Assembly (NCBI GenBank): GCA_044892505.1
Contig: CM097884.1
Span: 144,770,001-144,834,000, forward strand
Direction of reading: 5' to 3'
DNA from: Schmidtea nova
Lineage: Eukaryota
DNA: 64,000 bases
Shown piece after piece: positions 48,681 to 59,990 of the stretch. Under the pieces are notes generated by a model. It did not search any database. It was not told the DNA's origin and saw nothing but the letters and a program-made list of their open reading frames with translations. Each line of letters starts with the position of its first letter. The first letter of the stretch is position 1. The position numbers and the translations under genes were made by a program.

Positions 48681-49364
48681 ATGCATCTTTTGTAGATTTT
48701 TGTTTTAATATTAGCTCTATGGCAACCCGAGGAAACCCTTTGCTGGGATTGTGAATGTGGATTTCCTTCAAAGTTTAGAACGACCATAGATTTTAGCGTT
48801 GACGAATTCAATTACAAAGTCAGTTCGGCCGACACGTCAAACAGCCAATCTTCGCGCAGAACGGCTAATGAAAGGATCACCCTTCATGTTGACATGGACA
48901 GCGAAGTAGTTATCGAAGAGCGACCCGAGTTTTATTTAATTCGAACAAAATATTTCGAAATTCAGAAATCGAAAACCTCAAGCAATAAGGTCTGTCTGCC
49001 TCAGAAATGGAAAACCACAACTTGGCAAGGGTGTGGATTCCCTGACCCTCGAACTCTTAGGAAGGATGTTCGGTCAAATGGATATTGCTTTAGATTTGCT
49101 GGGGAAAGTACGGTACTTAATCCAGTAAATTTTCCGATTTGGTATGGGGCTGCCTATGAACAAAACGAGATTTCTTATGAGTACCGAGGTTCGTGTTCAG
49201 CCTTAGAAGAATGCTTAACGCGGAATAGTCAAACGCGATTTGTCAACGGGAAAACTTTGAATGTTTTTAATTATAACAAAAGATATTGGTTTAAAACTGG
49301 AAAGATAGATCCGCCGTCACTCTCCAATTCTTTTATCCTAGAACTGAAGAATCTCTGTTCATAA
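48681..49364 (+). CDS. Candidate secreted protein (~220 aa); in-frame TAG at codon 5 (pseudogene, or a splice acceptor)
   Basis: The 156-aa ORF extends upstream in frame to MHLL*IFVLILALWQPEETLCWDCECGFP; the CGFP motif recurs in WQGCGFP. Confidence 0.45.
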
Positions 49365-49839
49365 TGATGGGGAAATGAAAAACTGTACTTTCTTCATATA
49401 AAATAACGAATTTGACGTTTATTTAATACTATCAATTTATTTAACTTGCGTAAATTCTAAACTTTTCCGAATTTAATTAACAAACAGTGAGACAAATAAA
49501 TAATATTTGGAAAATTTGGAAAAAATATTTAGAAAAAAAAATTTAGAAAAAAAAAGATTTAGAAAAAGATTTTTATATAAATAATTTTAGTAAAAAATTA
49601 GTAAAATAATTTAATTTTTTTTGTTCACATTCGTTCTGTTTTTTAATTAATAATTTCATTTATTTTCATTTAAAAATTTAATTATAATGGCAAACTAAAT
49701 AATGATAGATTCTTTTTAGAAAGTCAAAATTACCAATTAATTTTAAAAATAAATTAAGTAAAATTCATATAATTAAAATAAATTTATGACCAAAAATTAT
49801 AAATCGGAAATTTCTAACAAAACTGGCTTCCAGTAAGAG

Positions 49840-50323
49840 CCGAGGCGTAACTAGGGTATTGCAGACATGACTCGTGCCATGGACGCCAACTGAAGGGGGG
49901 CGCGAAAAAGCGCCTAACGTATAATACGCAAATGAAAATAAAAAAATATTTTTATAGATATAAATATGTGTATTAAATATCGGTTTCTATTGCCAGTTGC
50001 GAAAGATCATTTAGGAAATTAAAATTGATACTTTCATATTTGAGAGCTTCGATAGGCCAAAGTCGATTATGTGATCTTGCTTTACTCAGCATAGAATGAG
50101 AAATGATTGAAGAAGTTGACTTTGATAATAAAATTAAACAATTTGCGTCAGCTAAAGCAAGAAAGATAAATTTGTCAAAAAGTGTTAATAGATTTAACTT
50201 GCGTGCTTTTTTACCGAATTCTAAAGTAGTATTTTAGAAAACAAAACGTAAGTAACCTATCGTCGGATGGGGGCGCAAGATCCGTGTTTGCCGTAGGCGC
50301 AATTTACCCTAGGTACGCCACTG
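49840..50323. mobile_element. Non-autonomous hAT MITE (Tip100-type)
   Basis: TIR GGCGTAACTAGGGTA / TACCCTAGGTACGCC(ACTG); perfect 8-bp TSD AGTAAGAG (49832-49839, 50324-50331). Confidence 0.9.
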
Positions 50324-50490
50324 AGTAAGAGAGTTAATGATAAAAATATTTTAATATATAATATTTTCAAAACATAACTATTTAATAATATCAATAATTC
50401 CCATAATGGTAAGACAATAGATAAAAAAATTTTTTAAAACAGTACAATATATTTCGGTACAGCTTTTATCAAATGTGCATTCCTTGAAAT

Positions 50491-50527
50491 GTACACTTGA
50501 TAAAGGCTGTGCCGAAATATTGTTTAC
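50491..50527 (+). ncRNA. Hammerhead motif family B, head-to-head with a degenerate inverted copy (~50445-50478)
   Basis: GTACAC-TTGATAA-A-GGC(TGT)GCC-GAA-ATAT-T-GTTTAC. Confidence 0.62.
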
Positions 50528-50902
50528 TTGCTGAAAATAAATTTGATTTATTGTCTTACCATTATGGAAATCATTGATATTGATAAACAAAGATCAAAGG
50601 TAAAACTAAAAGATAATTATGATAACTATTTAAACAACACAATTTTCATAATTGTATGACTACAGATCAAAGTTTTATTTTTGCAGTAAAGGCTAATTTT
50701 GATATTTATTATTTCTTTTATTCCATTTTGACTTTTGCCTTATTTTTATCCTCCGGAAATAAATGGTTCCATGCAGAAAAAAGTCTCTAACTGCCTGCCT
50801 TAGAAAAGATATAAGTTTACTTTATTTGTTAAATAAAATCAAAAATCAATGAAAAACTTTATTTAAAGTATTTTCTCATGAAATATCATTTATATTTTGT
50901 CT

Positions 50903-51073
50903 TTAAGTTGGATGCCATGACGTTTCCACTTCCCTTTTACGTCTCTTTGATGGAAATATTTTCGATTTGAACGGTTTCTTTGGTCCTCCAATATTTATCT
51001 TCGGGGAATTGACATCTCCTGAAAACAGAGCGATTGCAAAGATAATCATAATTGATAGAAGAACAAGTTTCAT
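50903..51073 (-). CDS. Secreted peptide family member S2 (56 aa, cationic)
   Basis: MKLVLLSIMIIFAIALFSGDVNSPKINIGGPKKPFKSKIFPSKRRKREVETSWHPT*; GGTATAAATT box at 51119-51124, about 50 nt upstream as in S1 and S3. Confidence 0.72.
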   Translation of the reverse strand: MKLVLLSIMIIFAIALFSGDVNSPKINIGGPKKPFKSKIFPSKRRKREVETSWHPT

Positions 51074-52928
51074 TTCCCTTAAAGGTGTAAATGAACTCGT
51101 CATGTAATTTTCAGCAAATTTATACCGTAGCGAAACAAGTCTACTTGGACACCAAGGGGTTGCAACCGCTGGAAAGCCCTCGACATGCCTTTAGTCAGTA
51201 GTGTATAATATCCCACTCAAATCTCAAGTGATTCCTTCTGGGATTCACAGTTTGCTCTATACTTTTTGGAACTGAAGGGTTTTTCCATATATAATTGGAA
51301 GCTGTTCAGCTCAGTTAGAAACGTATTTCAAAGAAAAAAGAATTATGTGAAAGACAAAAATATTTCGCTGATCATATATTAAATAATTGGTTAAAAACTA
51401 TTTTTCAATAAATCTAGTAAAGATTTTTCCTAATTTAGTTCCGCGCTTTATTAGCAATGATTCTCGGCCTGCAGGCAAAAGGAATAACAAGAAATATCAC
51501 AAGGGTGGGCACGCATGAGTTCAATGAGAGACGATTTCCGATAATTTATTTTTTAAAGAGCCACCATAGTAAAGTACACATTTTTTTATTTCATTAATTT
51601 GATTAAAAAAGAGTTAAACGCTATTAAAACAAAAAGAAAATAATTATTTCAAAATTTAAGTAACAAAAATATAATATAATAAAAATCCATTTATAAAAAG
51701 TAATGAAAATCCATTAATAAAACGTAATAAAAATCCTTGAATTAACGAAGACTCTTGGTCAAATCTTTGAAATTTGGTGTATACTTTGTTAAAGCAGTTC
51801 GCAGCAATTCTGTAAGATCTGATTGGTCAACTAAATTAATTTAATGTTAATTAATTTAAAATTCTAAAATGCTTCATAAAACAATCTTCTTACCAAATTT
51901 TTCAAAAAACACGAATAGAAAACTATACCAAAATATACAAACGACCACAATCTTACACAAAAATACTAACTAATCAAAATTCACTAAATTTATTTTGCTT
52001 GTTTCTCTCGTTGTTATAACAAAGCGCCGCCTACTACAAAATAATTTTAAAAAGCAATAAAATGTGAAAAACAATGTTTCGTTAATTTTTGATATTTATG
52101 AAATAACAATTGCAACAAAAAAATTTTTTTTTAAAAATTCAGTGAAAAATTCCAAACCAAAAAAATCAGTGGAAAAAAAAATCGAATTCAATTTTCAAAT
52201 TCTATTATCAATGAGCCGCAGTTTACTCAACGAAGAGCCGCATTTGCCCACCGTTGAAATATAATAAGATGAATAGCAAGCAATCTAGAAGAGCGTTGCA
52301 GCACTAACCAGACAATACAATGGTCAATATGCTCAAGAATAAATATTCTTCCAGAAATACTTTTANNNNNNNNNNNNNNNNNNNNNNNNNNNNNNNNNNN
52401 NNNNNNNNNNNNNNNNNNNNNNNNNNNNNNNNNNNNNNNNNNNNNNNNNNNNNNNNNNNNNNNNNNNNNNNNNNNNNNNNNNNNNNNNNNNNNNNNNNNN
52501 NNNNNNNNNNNNNNNNNNNNNNNNAAATGTGCTACGGCTAATCTTCAGTTGCTATGTAGTAACACGCGTACTTTCTTAAACCAAAGCTTACTTGCTGGCA
52601 TACTTGGTTATTCATTTACACAATTATTACACGCCTAATACCCCACTCTCACTGCATCTCACATGTACTTTCAACTCGCATGTTCCTACATTTTCACTTT
52701 ACTGATGTGCCGCTGTACGCTAAATGCACAGATGACCAATCGAATGACAACATCAATTTCAATATATTTTTTAGGTTCTATAAATGCAAGATTAAATATT
52801 GGAATTCAGATTTTACATTCATAGACAATGTTGAATATGGAAATAGACAAAAGACAAAAAACATTATTAAACCGGAAGTTTTATCTTTTTTCGAATGTAT
52901 AATAATTAATTTAAAATATAATTAGAAA

Positions 52929-52934
<6 letters not shown>

Positions 52935-53001
<67 letters not shown>
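52935..53001. repeat. (TA)n microsatellite
   Basis: Pure TA run. Confidence 0.95.
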
Positions 53002-53003
<2 letters not shown>

Positions 53004-53489
53004 TCATTAAGTATAATAATTAATCTAAAATCCTTTCTGTATGGAACCATTTATTTCCGGAGGATAAAAATAAGGCAAAAGTCAACTATATTTGAGAGGA
53101 TAACCTTCATAATTTAAAAAGTTATATTTAAAAATAAAAATGTAATAAAATAATTAATAAATATCAAAACAAGCCTTTACTGCAAAAATAAATTTTATTA
53201 GGTGAAAATTTTCGATTTATAACAGACGAGATGCAATGCACAGATGAAGGTGAAAAGCATTTTTAATGAATAAAACAGAATAAGAGAGGACCTGAAAAGG
53301 ATTTGTTTAANNNNNNNNNNNNNNNNNNNNNNNNNNNNNNNNNNNNNNNNNNNNNNNNNNNNNNNNNNNNNNNNNNNNNNNNNNNNNNNNNNNNNNNNNN
53401 NNNNNNNNNNNNNNNNNNNNNNNNNNNNNNNNNNNNNNNNNNNNNNNNNNNTAATGGATGACTAAAGATCGAAATTCCTACAAATAAGT

Positions 53490-53522
53490 ACACAATATTT
53501 CGGCCAAGCCTTTATCAAGTGT
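53490..53522 (-). ncRNA. Minimal hammerhead motif family B in the 3' terminal repeat of the Penelope-like element
   Basis: ACAC-TTGATAA-A-GGC(TTG)GCC-GAA-ATAT-T-GTGT, about 100 nt downstream of the PLE ORF stop on the same strand. Confidence 0.78.
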
Positions 53523-53617
53523 GTATTTCAAACGTTATATTAACTTAATCCTAAATAATAACCTTATTTATTTATTTAATATTTTATAAAGATTTTATTG
53601 GATGAATGAAATTTATT

Positions 53618-54430
53618 TTAGTTTTTTTTAAACATGATTTTTTTGTGCGAATTGAATGTTGATGGACGGTTTTATATTTTTTGATGTGAAAAGTCTCGGA
53701 AGCTAAATTTTGTAATGAATTTTTGCATCCCTCTTGAGAATCTGGAATTTTGTTTCTTCTATAAATGGAGTTGTTTTATGTAATTTTTCCCAGTGTTCGT
53801 AATAATTACTGGTTTTGCTTTTAGTGTGTTCATTTAGTCGGGTGCGAAAAGTTCTATGTGTTTCTCTTATGTAAGTAGTGTCACATTTTTGACAAGAAAG
53901 TTTATATACTATATTTTTGGAAAAGCAAAAGCATCGGGTTGTGGAATAGCAGACATTTATGTTGGGAGATGTTGGAAATTGGTGGCTTTCGGAGTTGTGA
54001 TTTTTTTGCTGCAGAGGTTATGAACGTTGGACGGATGGGGATAAGCAAATCTGTTTGATTAAAAATGTTGGTGATTTTGTTGGCTGTAGTGTCATTTAGG
54101 AAAGGTAATCTTAGATATGTTGTGTGTTTGTTATTGTTATTGTGTTTCTGGCATTTACTATTGTTGCGTTTATTGTGGTATTGTTCGTTAAGGAAGTATT
54201 TCTTTACAAAGTCTTCAGGGTATCCATTTTGGAAGAATCGTATTTTGAAGTTTTCTAATGTTTCTTGTATTTTGTTTGCGTCTGAACAGTTTCTTATGGC
54301 TCTTTTTCTTTCTCCTATTAGTAATGCGATTTTGCGTCGAAGTGGAACGTGGCTTTTTCATGGGAGGATATGACCGCTTTGAAAACTTTTAGAATATAGC
54401 TCGGTGTTTGCATTTAGTGTATCTGGTGAT
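53618..54430 (-). mobile_element. 5'-truncated Penelope-like retroelement: RT thumb plus GIY-YIG endonuclease (frameshifted)
   Basis: SHVPLRRKIALL..RAIRNCS..FQNGYPEDFV..YLRLPF..KNIVYKLSCQKCDTTYIRETHRTFRTRLNEH..IKPSINIQ. Confidence 0.88.
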
Positions 54431-55508
54431 CAAAGGTGAAACAAAAAGATAATTATGATATTATTATTATTATTATTCATGAAAAGAATTATTTTATTAT
54501 CGAAAATTTTCATTTAATAAAAATTAATTTTGCAGCAGTCTTATATCTTTATTTGATAATTAATTAATAATTATATCTTTATTTAATACTTAATGCTGCT
54601 ACTAAGGAGTCGCCATTTTACACATTGAAAATGGAATTGTTTTTATTAAACTATTCAATTTAACCTATTGAAACAGCGCATTGTATCAAATGTTTAACAT
54701 CATTTTATGTTGTCATTAAATTTGTATTCGTTTATAATAAATTTAGTAAAACCCATTTTATTCAATAAACATAAAGATTAGCCTCCTAGAATTTGTAAAG
54801 TATTTTAAATAGTTTCTAGACAACATTTTGCATAAGGGAATATAAGTGAATTGGTAAAGGACTTACTGATAATATATTATGACATCTGCGCCATGAATAA
54901 ATTGTATTTATTGGTAATAATGTCATTTCATTTATGTAGGAGCGAGATCAAAATATTTTAAGATCTAATTTCGGCTGACATAAACCTTCAAAATTCGTCC
55001 TTTCGTCTCCTCTGCAAACCTAATAATGCTTTTTTATATTCTATAAAAACTAAAGCTGTTAAATTCTTCAGAGTTTTAATTATTTTCTTTTAATTATCAT
55101 CAAAAAGAAAGACGAACAAACCGCCGAGGGCAAAAGCCGCCTGTCACTAGAGGGGCTATGTCGCAGTAATCAACAAAGAAATGACAAATAAAGGAAGTCG
55201 CAATGGATAATTCTGTCACGAATCCCAACTGTTGCATCCTTCCAGTACCCAATGGCGGCCCCGTTGCTATAGACATTTGCAATGAAGTTCATAATTTATC
55301 ACCATGGGCCGCTGCAATTCAGACGTGACGGCAGTCATTACAAGATTCAGCCACCAGTTCAGCATTCAACAATGAAATTTATTTTCACATCTTCTGTCAG
55401 TTATTCTGTTTCATTCATTAAAACGCTTTTTACCTTCATCAGTGCTTTGGATGCCGTCGATTAGAAACTTTTGACAAAATCCTTCACAGTTCGTCCGTCA
55501 TCGGTGAA

Positions 55509-56138
55509 ATGCTGAAAAAAGACCAAAAACGTCTCATGGAATCTCGATTTACGAAATCGTTTACCGAATGCGACGGAAATGAAGAATGCGGCCTGATAAT
55601 CTGCGAATTCGGACCATGGAGAAAATGTAGCGAGAAGCGCTCAATTCCCATTAAATGTCCGCACGTAAATAATAAAATTGTAAACAATCGAATTCGATTT
55701 CCTCAAAGGTCCTCCAAAAAGACAATGGACAAGTATAAGTTGTTAAATGAAAGGATTTCCAATCGAATGAAGGGCTCCGACGAACCTAACAAAGACACTG
55801 GATGCAGACAGAACTCATCCTCCCCATCTATGACGTTGACAAAGTCCTCGCTGTTTGTGTTGCGAGCGATAAATGACGAGATTAAGTCAAGCAATGACGA
55901 GTACAGAAAAACAATTTGGCCGAATATTCAGAATTCCTTCCAACTGAAACTAGAAGAGATCCTGGATAATTTGCACCTTCCGCAACTGCTAAAATTACGA
56001 AAGCAACCTTTCCCTCCTAGGCGTAACATCGTGAAGCATTATGCATTTCCGTTCGTCAATTATCAGTCGCTCTCATCACAAAGGGATCCGCGATTCTCAG
56101 CATTAAAACAATTAAGACAATTTGAAGGACAGAAATAA
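55509..56138 (+). CDS. Intronless orphan gene P1 (209 aa), paralog of 59991-60734
   Basis: Long open frame in relatively GC-rich sequence; shares E.GPW and EE.L..L.LP..PFV..DPR..AL blocks with P2. Confidence 0.7.
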   Translation: MLKKDQKRLMESRFTKSFTECDGNEECGLIICEFGPWRKCSEKRSIPIKCPHVNNKIVNNRIRFPQRSSKKTMDKYKLLNERISNRMKGSDEPNKDTGCRQNSSSPSMTLTKSSLFVLRAINDEIKSSNDEYRKTIWPNIQNSFQLKLEEILDNLHLPQLLKLRKQPFPPRRNIVKHYAFPFVNYQSLSSQRDPRFSALKQLRQFEGQK

Positions 56139-56564
56139 TTACCGTCAAATTGTGAAACTGCAATCGTCGGATGCAAAATAGTCAAAATGGAATTTTAATT
56201 TTCATATTATAAATACATTTTTGGTACTCAGTTTTATAAATCGAGTTCTAAAAAAGGCGTGTGATAGTATACTTATTTTATTTATTTTTCAACAAAGAAT
56301 CTTCCTACAAATTTATATTAAACAATACATTAAAATAAATAATTAATAACCATGTTGCGCTTAACATAAAATTAATTAAAATAATTAAAATAAAGAATTT
56401 ATATTAATTTAAATAACTAAAATTAAAAATTATAATTCATATAAAATTATTATATTATACTTAATATTATTTTTAATATTAAAATAAAATATTAAAAATA
56501 ATTTAAAACAAATAATTTTTAATATTATTATTAATAAAAAAATTATTATTATTATTATTTACAC

Positions 56565-56597
56565 ACACTTGATAAAGGCTGTGCCGAAATATTGTGT
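56565..56597 (+). ncRNA. Minimal hammerhead motif family B (intact architecture, 33 nt)
   Basis: ACAC-TTGATAA-A-GGC(TGT)GCC-GAA-ATAT-T-GTGT following (ATT)n. Confidence 0.78.
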
Positions 56598-56694
56598 TAT
56601 TATTTATAATAAAAAATTTGATCTATAATCATCATTATGAGAATTATTGATAATAATAATAAAAAAAGATCAAAGGTGAAAAAAATAATTATGA

Positions 56695-56728
<34 letters not shown>

Positions 56729-56777
56729 GGAAAATATCCAGAAAGAAGTGAAATATCAATTGGAAAGAATTTCGCAT

Positions 56778-56814
56778 TGAGTGATCAGGATCTTTTAAAG
56801 ATCGAAATATTTCA
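56778..56814 (+). ncRNA. Minimal hammerhead motif family C (G3-C8), second copy
   Basis: Identical to 42541-42577. Confidence 0.65.
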
Positions 56815-57232
56815 TTTAAATAAACATTGCGGAGAAGGCNNNNNNNNNNNNNNNNNNNNNNNNNNNNNNNNNNNNNNNNNNNNNNNNNNNNNNNNNNNNN
56901 NNNNNNNNNNNNNNNNNNNNNNNNNNNNNNNNNNNNNNNNNNNNNNNNNNNNNNNNNNNNNNNNNNNNNNNNNNNNNNNNNNNNNNNNNNNNNNNNNNNN
57001 NNNNNNNNNNNNNNNNNNNNNNNNNNNNNNNNNNNNNNNNNNNNNNNNNNNNNNNNNNNNNNNNNNNNNNNNNNNNNNNNNNNNNNNNNNNNNNNNNNNN
57101 NNNNNNNNNNNNNNNNNNNNNNNNNNNNNNNNNNNNNNNNNNNNNNNNNNNNNNNNNNNNNNNNNNNNNNNNNNNNNNNNNNNNNNNNNNNNNGAAATTT
57201 ATACTGGTAGTGAAAACTATAAATGGTAAGAT

Positions 57233-58190
57233 ATGGATACCTTAAGACAAAAGACAAGAAATGATAAAATGTATACTCATTTTTCTATCACACGCAGGAG
57301 CAGAAAAGTGACAAAATATATAGTGGACAATTACGATATGAGAGATATAAAAGAAACAGTAAAAGAAACAATTGTACAATACGAAGCATGCCAAAGAACG
57401 AAAGTTGTGATAACAAAGATGAGGTAAGAGACAATGAAACTGACAGCAGAAGAACCGTGGGAAAAAGTATACATTGATATATGTTACCCATTTCAGAAAA
57501 CATTCAGAAAGAAAAGATATATATTCGCAATTATTGATCAATTTAGCAGATATCTCTCTCTGACAGCTGTCGCAAAACAGGATGAGGAAATGGTTATAGA
57601 AACAAAACTACAAAAATGGATTCTTAGATTTGGAGCAGTAAAAGAAGTTCACACAGATTGAGGAAAAGTATTTAAATCCAAGATGATGAAAGATTTTACA
57701 AAATCAATGGGAATTATACTATGCTTTTCAAGTCCGTACCATCATAATAGAAATGATTTGATAGAACGTCAATTCAGGACAATAAGAGACTATATAAATG
57801 CATCATTAAAATAGAAAAGTATAACAAATTGGACAGAGATCATATCAGAAATTGATTTTACCATGAATGCAACGTTTCAGAAATCAATTGGCCGAAGTCC
57901 CGCAGAAGTAATATTCGGATGAAAAATAGCTCGAGAACAATTTCATAGTAAAACTCCGATTTCACAAAAAGAAGATACATGAGAAACAACCCAGACAAAA
58001 TGATCCATCAATATTGGAGAAGAGGTACTCGTAAAAGTAGAATCAAGAACGAAAGACATGGAAAGATAGGAAGGGCCATGCAGAATAATGCATCAGATCC
58101 ATGATCGCCGATATCTGTTACAAGACCAAAGTAAGAAAATGCTCCAAAGAAATGTTGAAAAGATGAAGTAATTTTTTAAAGAAGGGGGGT
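57233..58190 (+). mobile_element. Degraded Gypsy integrase fragment with PPT; related to the 15.7-17.0 kb fragment
   Basis: VYIDIC..AIIDQFSRYLSLTAVAKQDEE..WILRFG..HTD*GKVF..SPYHH..IERQFRTIRD; AAAGAAGGGGGG then TGTGAG. Confidence 0.85.
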
Positions 58191-59125
58191 GTGAGATGTT
58201 TTCAGCTGAGAACTAAATATTTCAATTATTTAATAAATTAATTTGAAATGATAAATAATTTATATTTAAAACGTTTTAAAATAATTTTTATAATGAAATG
58301 AGTATTAATTTTTATAATTTTAATAATTTTATTTTTATTTTTAAAAGTCTGTAATTTGAAGCGATAAATTTATAATAAAATTTTAATAAAATATAATTCT
58401 AAATTTATACATTTTAAAATATTTTGTTCAAGGCTGAAAATTTGTTTGAAAATTATATAATATTTAATAAAATACAAATTTGGAATTATCACTTCAACTT
58501 CTCAATCTAATTAAGAAAATACTTTAGAAGATGTTCTAGCAACATCTAATAGGTTTCATTGTATTTAGTTTATTATATTTAATTATATTCAAAGATTTTA
58601 TGTGTTGTCAAGATTTAACTCAGTCTGGTTTTACCGTTTGAAGGTTTTTTCTGATTAGTGTAATATTTTTCTAATTTGTTTCAATCTTTTTTATTTATTG
58701 TAAAGATAATTATTTCTGTTTGCAAGTAACAATAAATATCATCTGTTGTTATAGTTCCCCACTGCTGAATAGCTTATAAAATTTCGACTACTCTCACAAT
58801 TCTCGCATTCATTTCATCTGTTTTCATAGTTTACACATTCGATTTTCTAAAGTTCATTTAACCAAAATTATATAATATATCAAAAGATATCAGTTAAAAA
58901 TATGTCGAACAACTACTCAAAATGTTAATCATCCAATTAAGTAAAAAACATGTAATTGTTTGTGTTACGGTTAATAATTAATGTCTTATGTGTTTTTATT
59001 ATTGTTTTTATTATTGGTAATTGTCGTTGATTATTATTTTACAAATACAAACAGGCAAGCATTCATACAGGCACATACATAACCTTCACCCCAGACAGTT
59101 TATTATTAGGTTACTATTATTCAAT

Positions 59126-59689
59126 CAATGCTGCCACTTGGAAAATTTTTGACCCGGACATTTGAGTAAAAAAACATTTTGAACACTAGAAAAAGAAAAT
59201 CATCGGAACACGAAAACAAGTTATTATTACAATTAAATAACATACAAAATGGATTGCTTCTTTAAAAACAGAAATGTTTTGTAAAGGCAATGTAAATTTT
59301 ATTTGAAAAAATGTATTTTATATTGTTTCGTGCTTCTTCTAAAAGCTTTTTATATCCTGCTGCCATAGCCCAAAACTTTGTCGCATTTTATTTTCAAATT
59401 GTTACAAATCAATAATTCGGCTTTAACATGATCAGGCGTTAAACGGTTCCTTTTATCCCACCATGATGAACCCATTATTGAAAAAATCGTTCGACGAAGG
59501 AATTACTGTTGAAATAAATTTATATAGTTAACCCGATTTAAAATATCTTATGAAAAATAAATTATTTAGTTGACGACAAATAAAAGTAGCAGTCAAATTC
59601 AGATACAACCCGGACATTTTGGGTTTCACCTGGATGCACGTTTCAAAACTCGAACTGTCCAGGTGAAACCCAGACAGGAGGCAACACTG
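59126..59689 (-). mobile_element. Internally deleted hAT element retaining the transposase C-terminus
   Basis: Ends CAATGCTGCCA / (rc) CAGTGTTGCCT; perfect TSD TATTCAAT (59118-59125, 59690-59697); CCCGGACA subterminal motifs; IPSSN..FSIM..WWDKRNRLTPDHVKAELLI. Confidence 0.88.
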
Positions 59690-59990
59690 TATTCAATTCA
59701 AGCACCTATATTCCTCTGTACCAGGGGCCTCCATGATTTGGTGTCATAAAACAGCTGACTAACTTGATTATAAATATGACCTGGCTTGTACTCTTGAGAA
59801 ATAAATCAGAAAAGTTTCATAAGTTTCAATTTGAAGAAATTATATTTATTCATTATAATAGTTAGAAATAATATCAAAAAACGAATTAAATAAGAAAGTG
59901 CCGCTTCAATAAACCGCTTTGGCCCCTATATTCAAAGCATCCTCTATGTGTACAATAGATATTTACAAAAAATCCTCAACGTCTTTTAAT

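Noticed and set aside
54478-54525. Additional hammerhead copies (54478, ~53215, ~42115)
   Set aside because: Core or stems are broken; treated as decayed PLE tails only.
21281-57257. ORF-track entries containing long X runs
   Set aside because: They span N-gaps (e.g. ~21307, 23992, 25077, 28204, 41895, 52366, 53291, 56840) and are artefacts.
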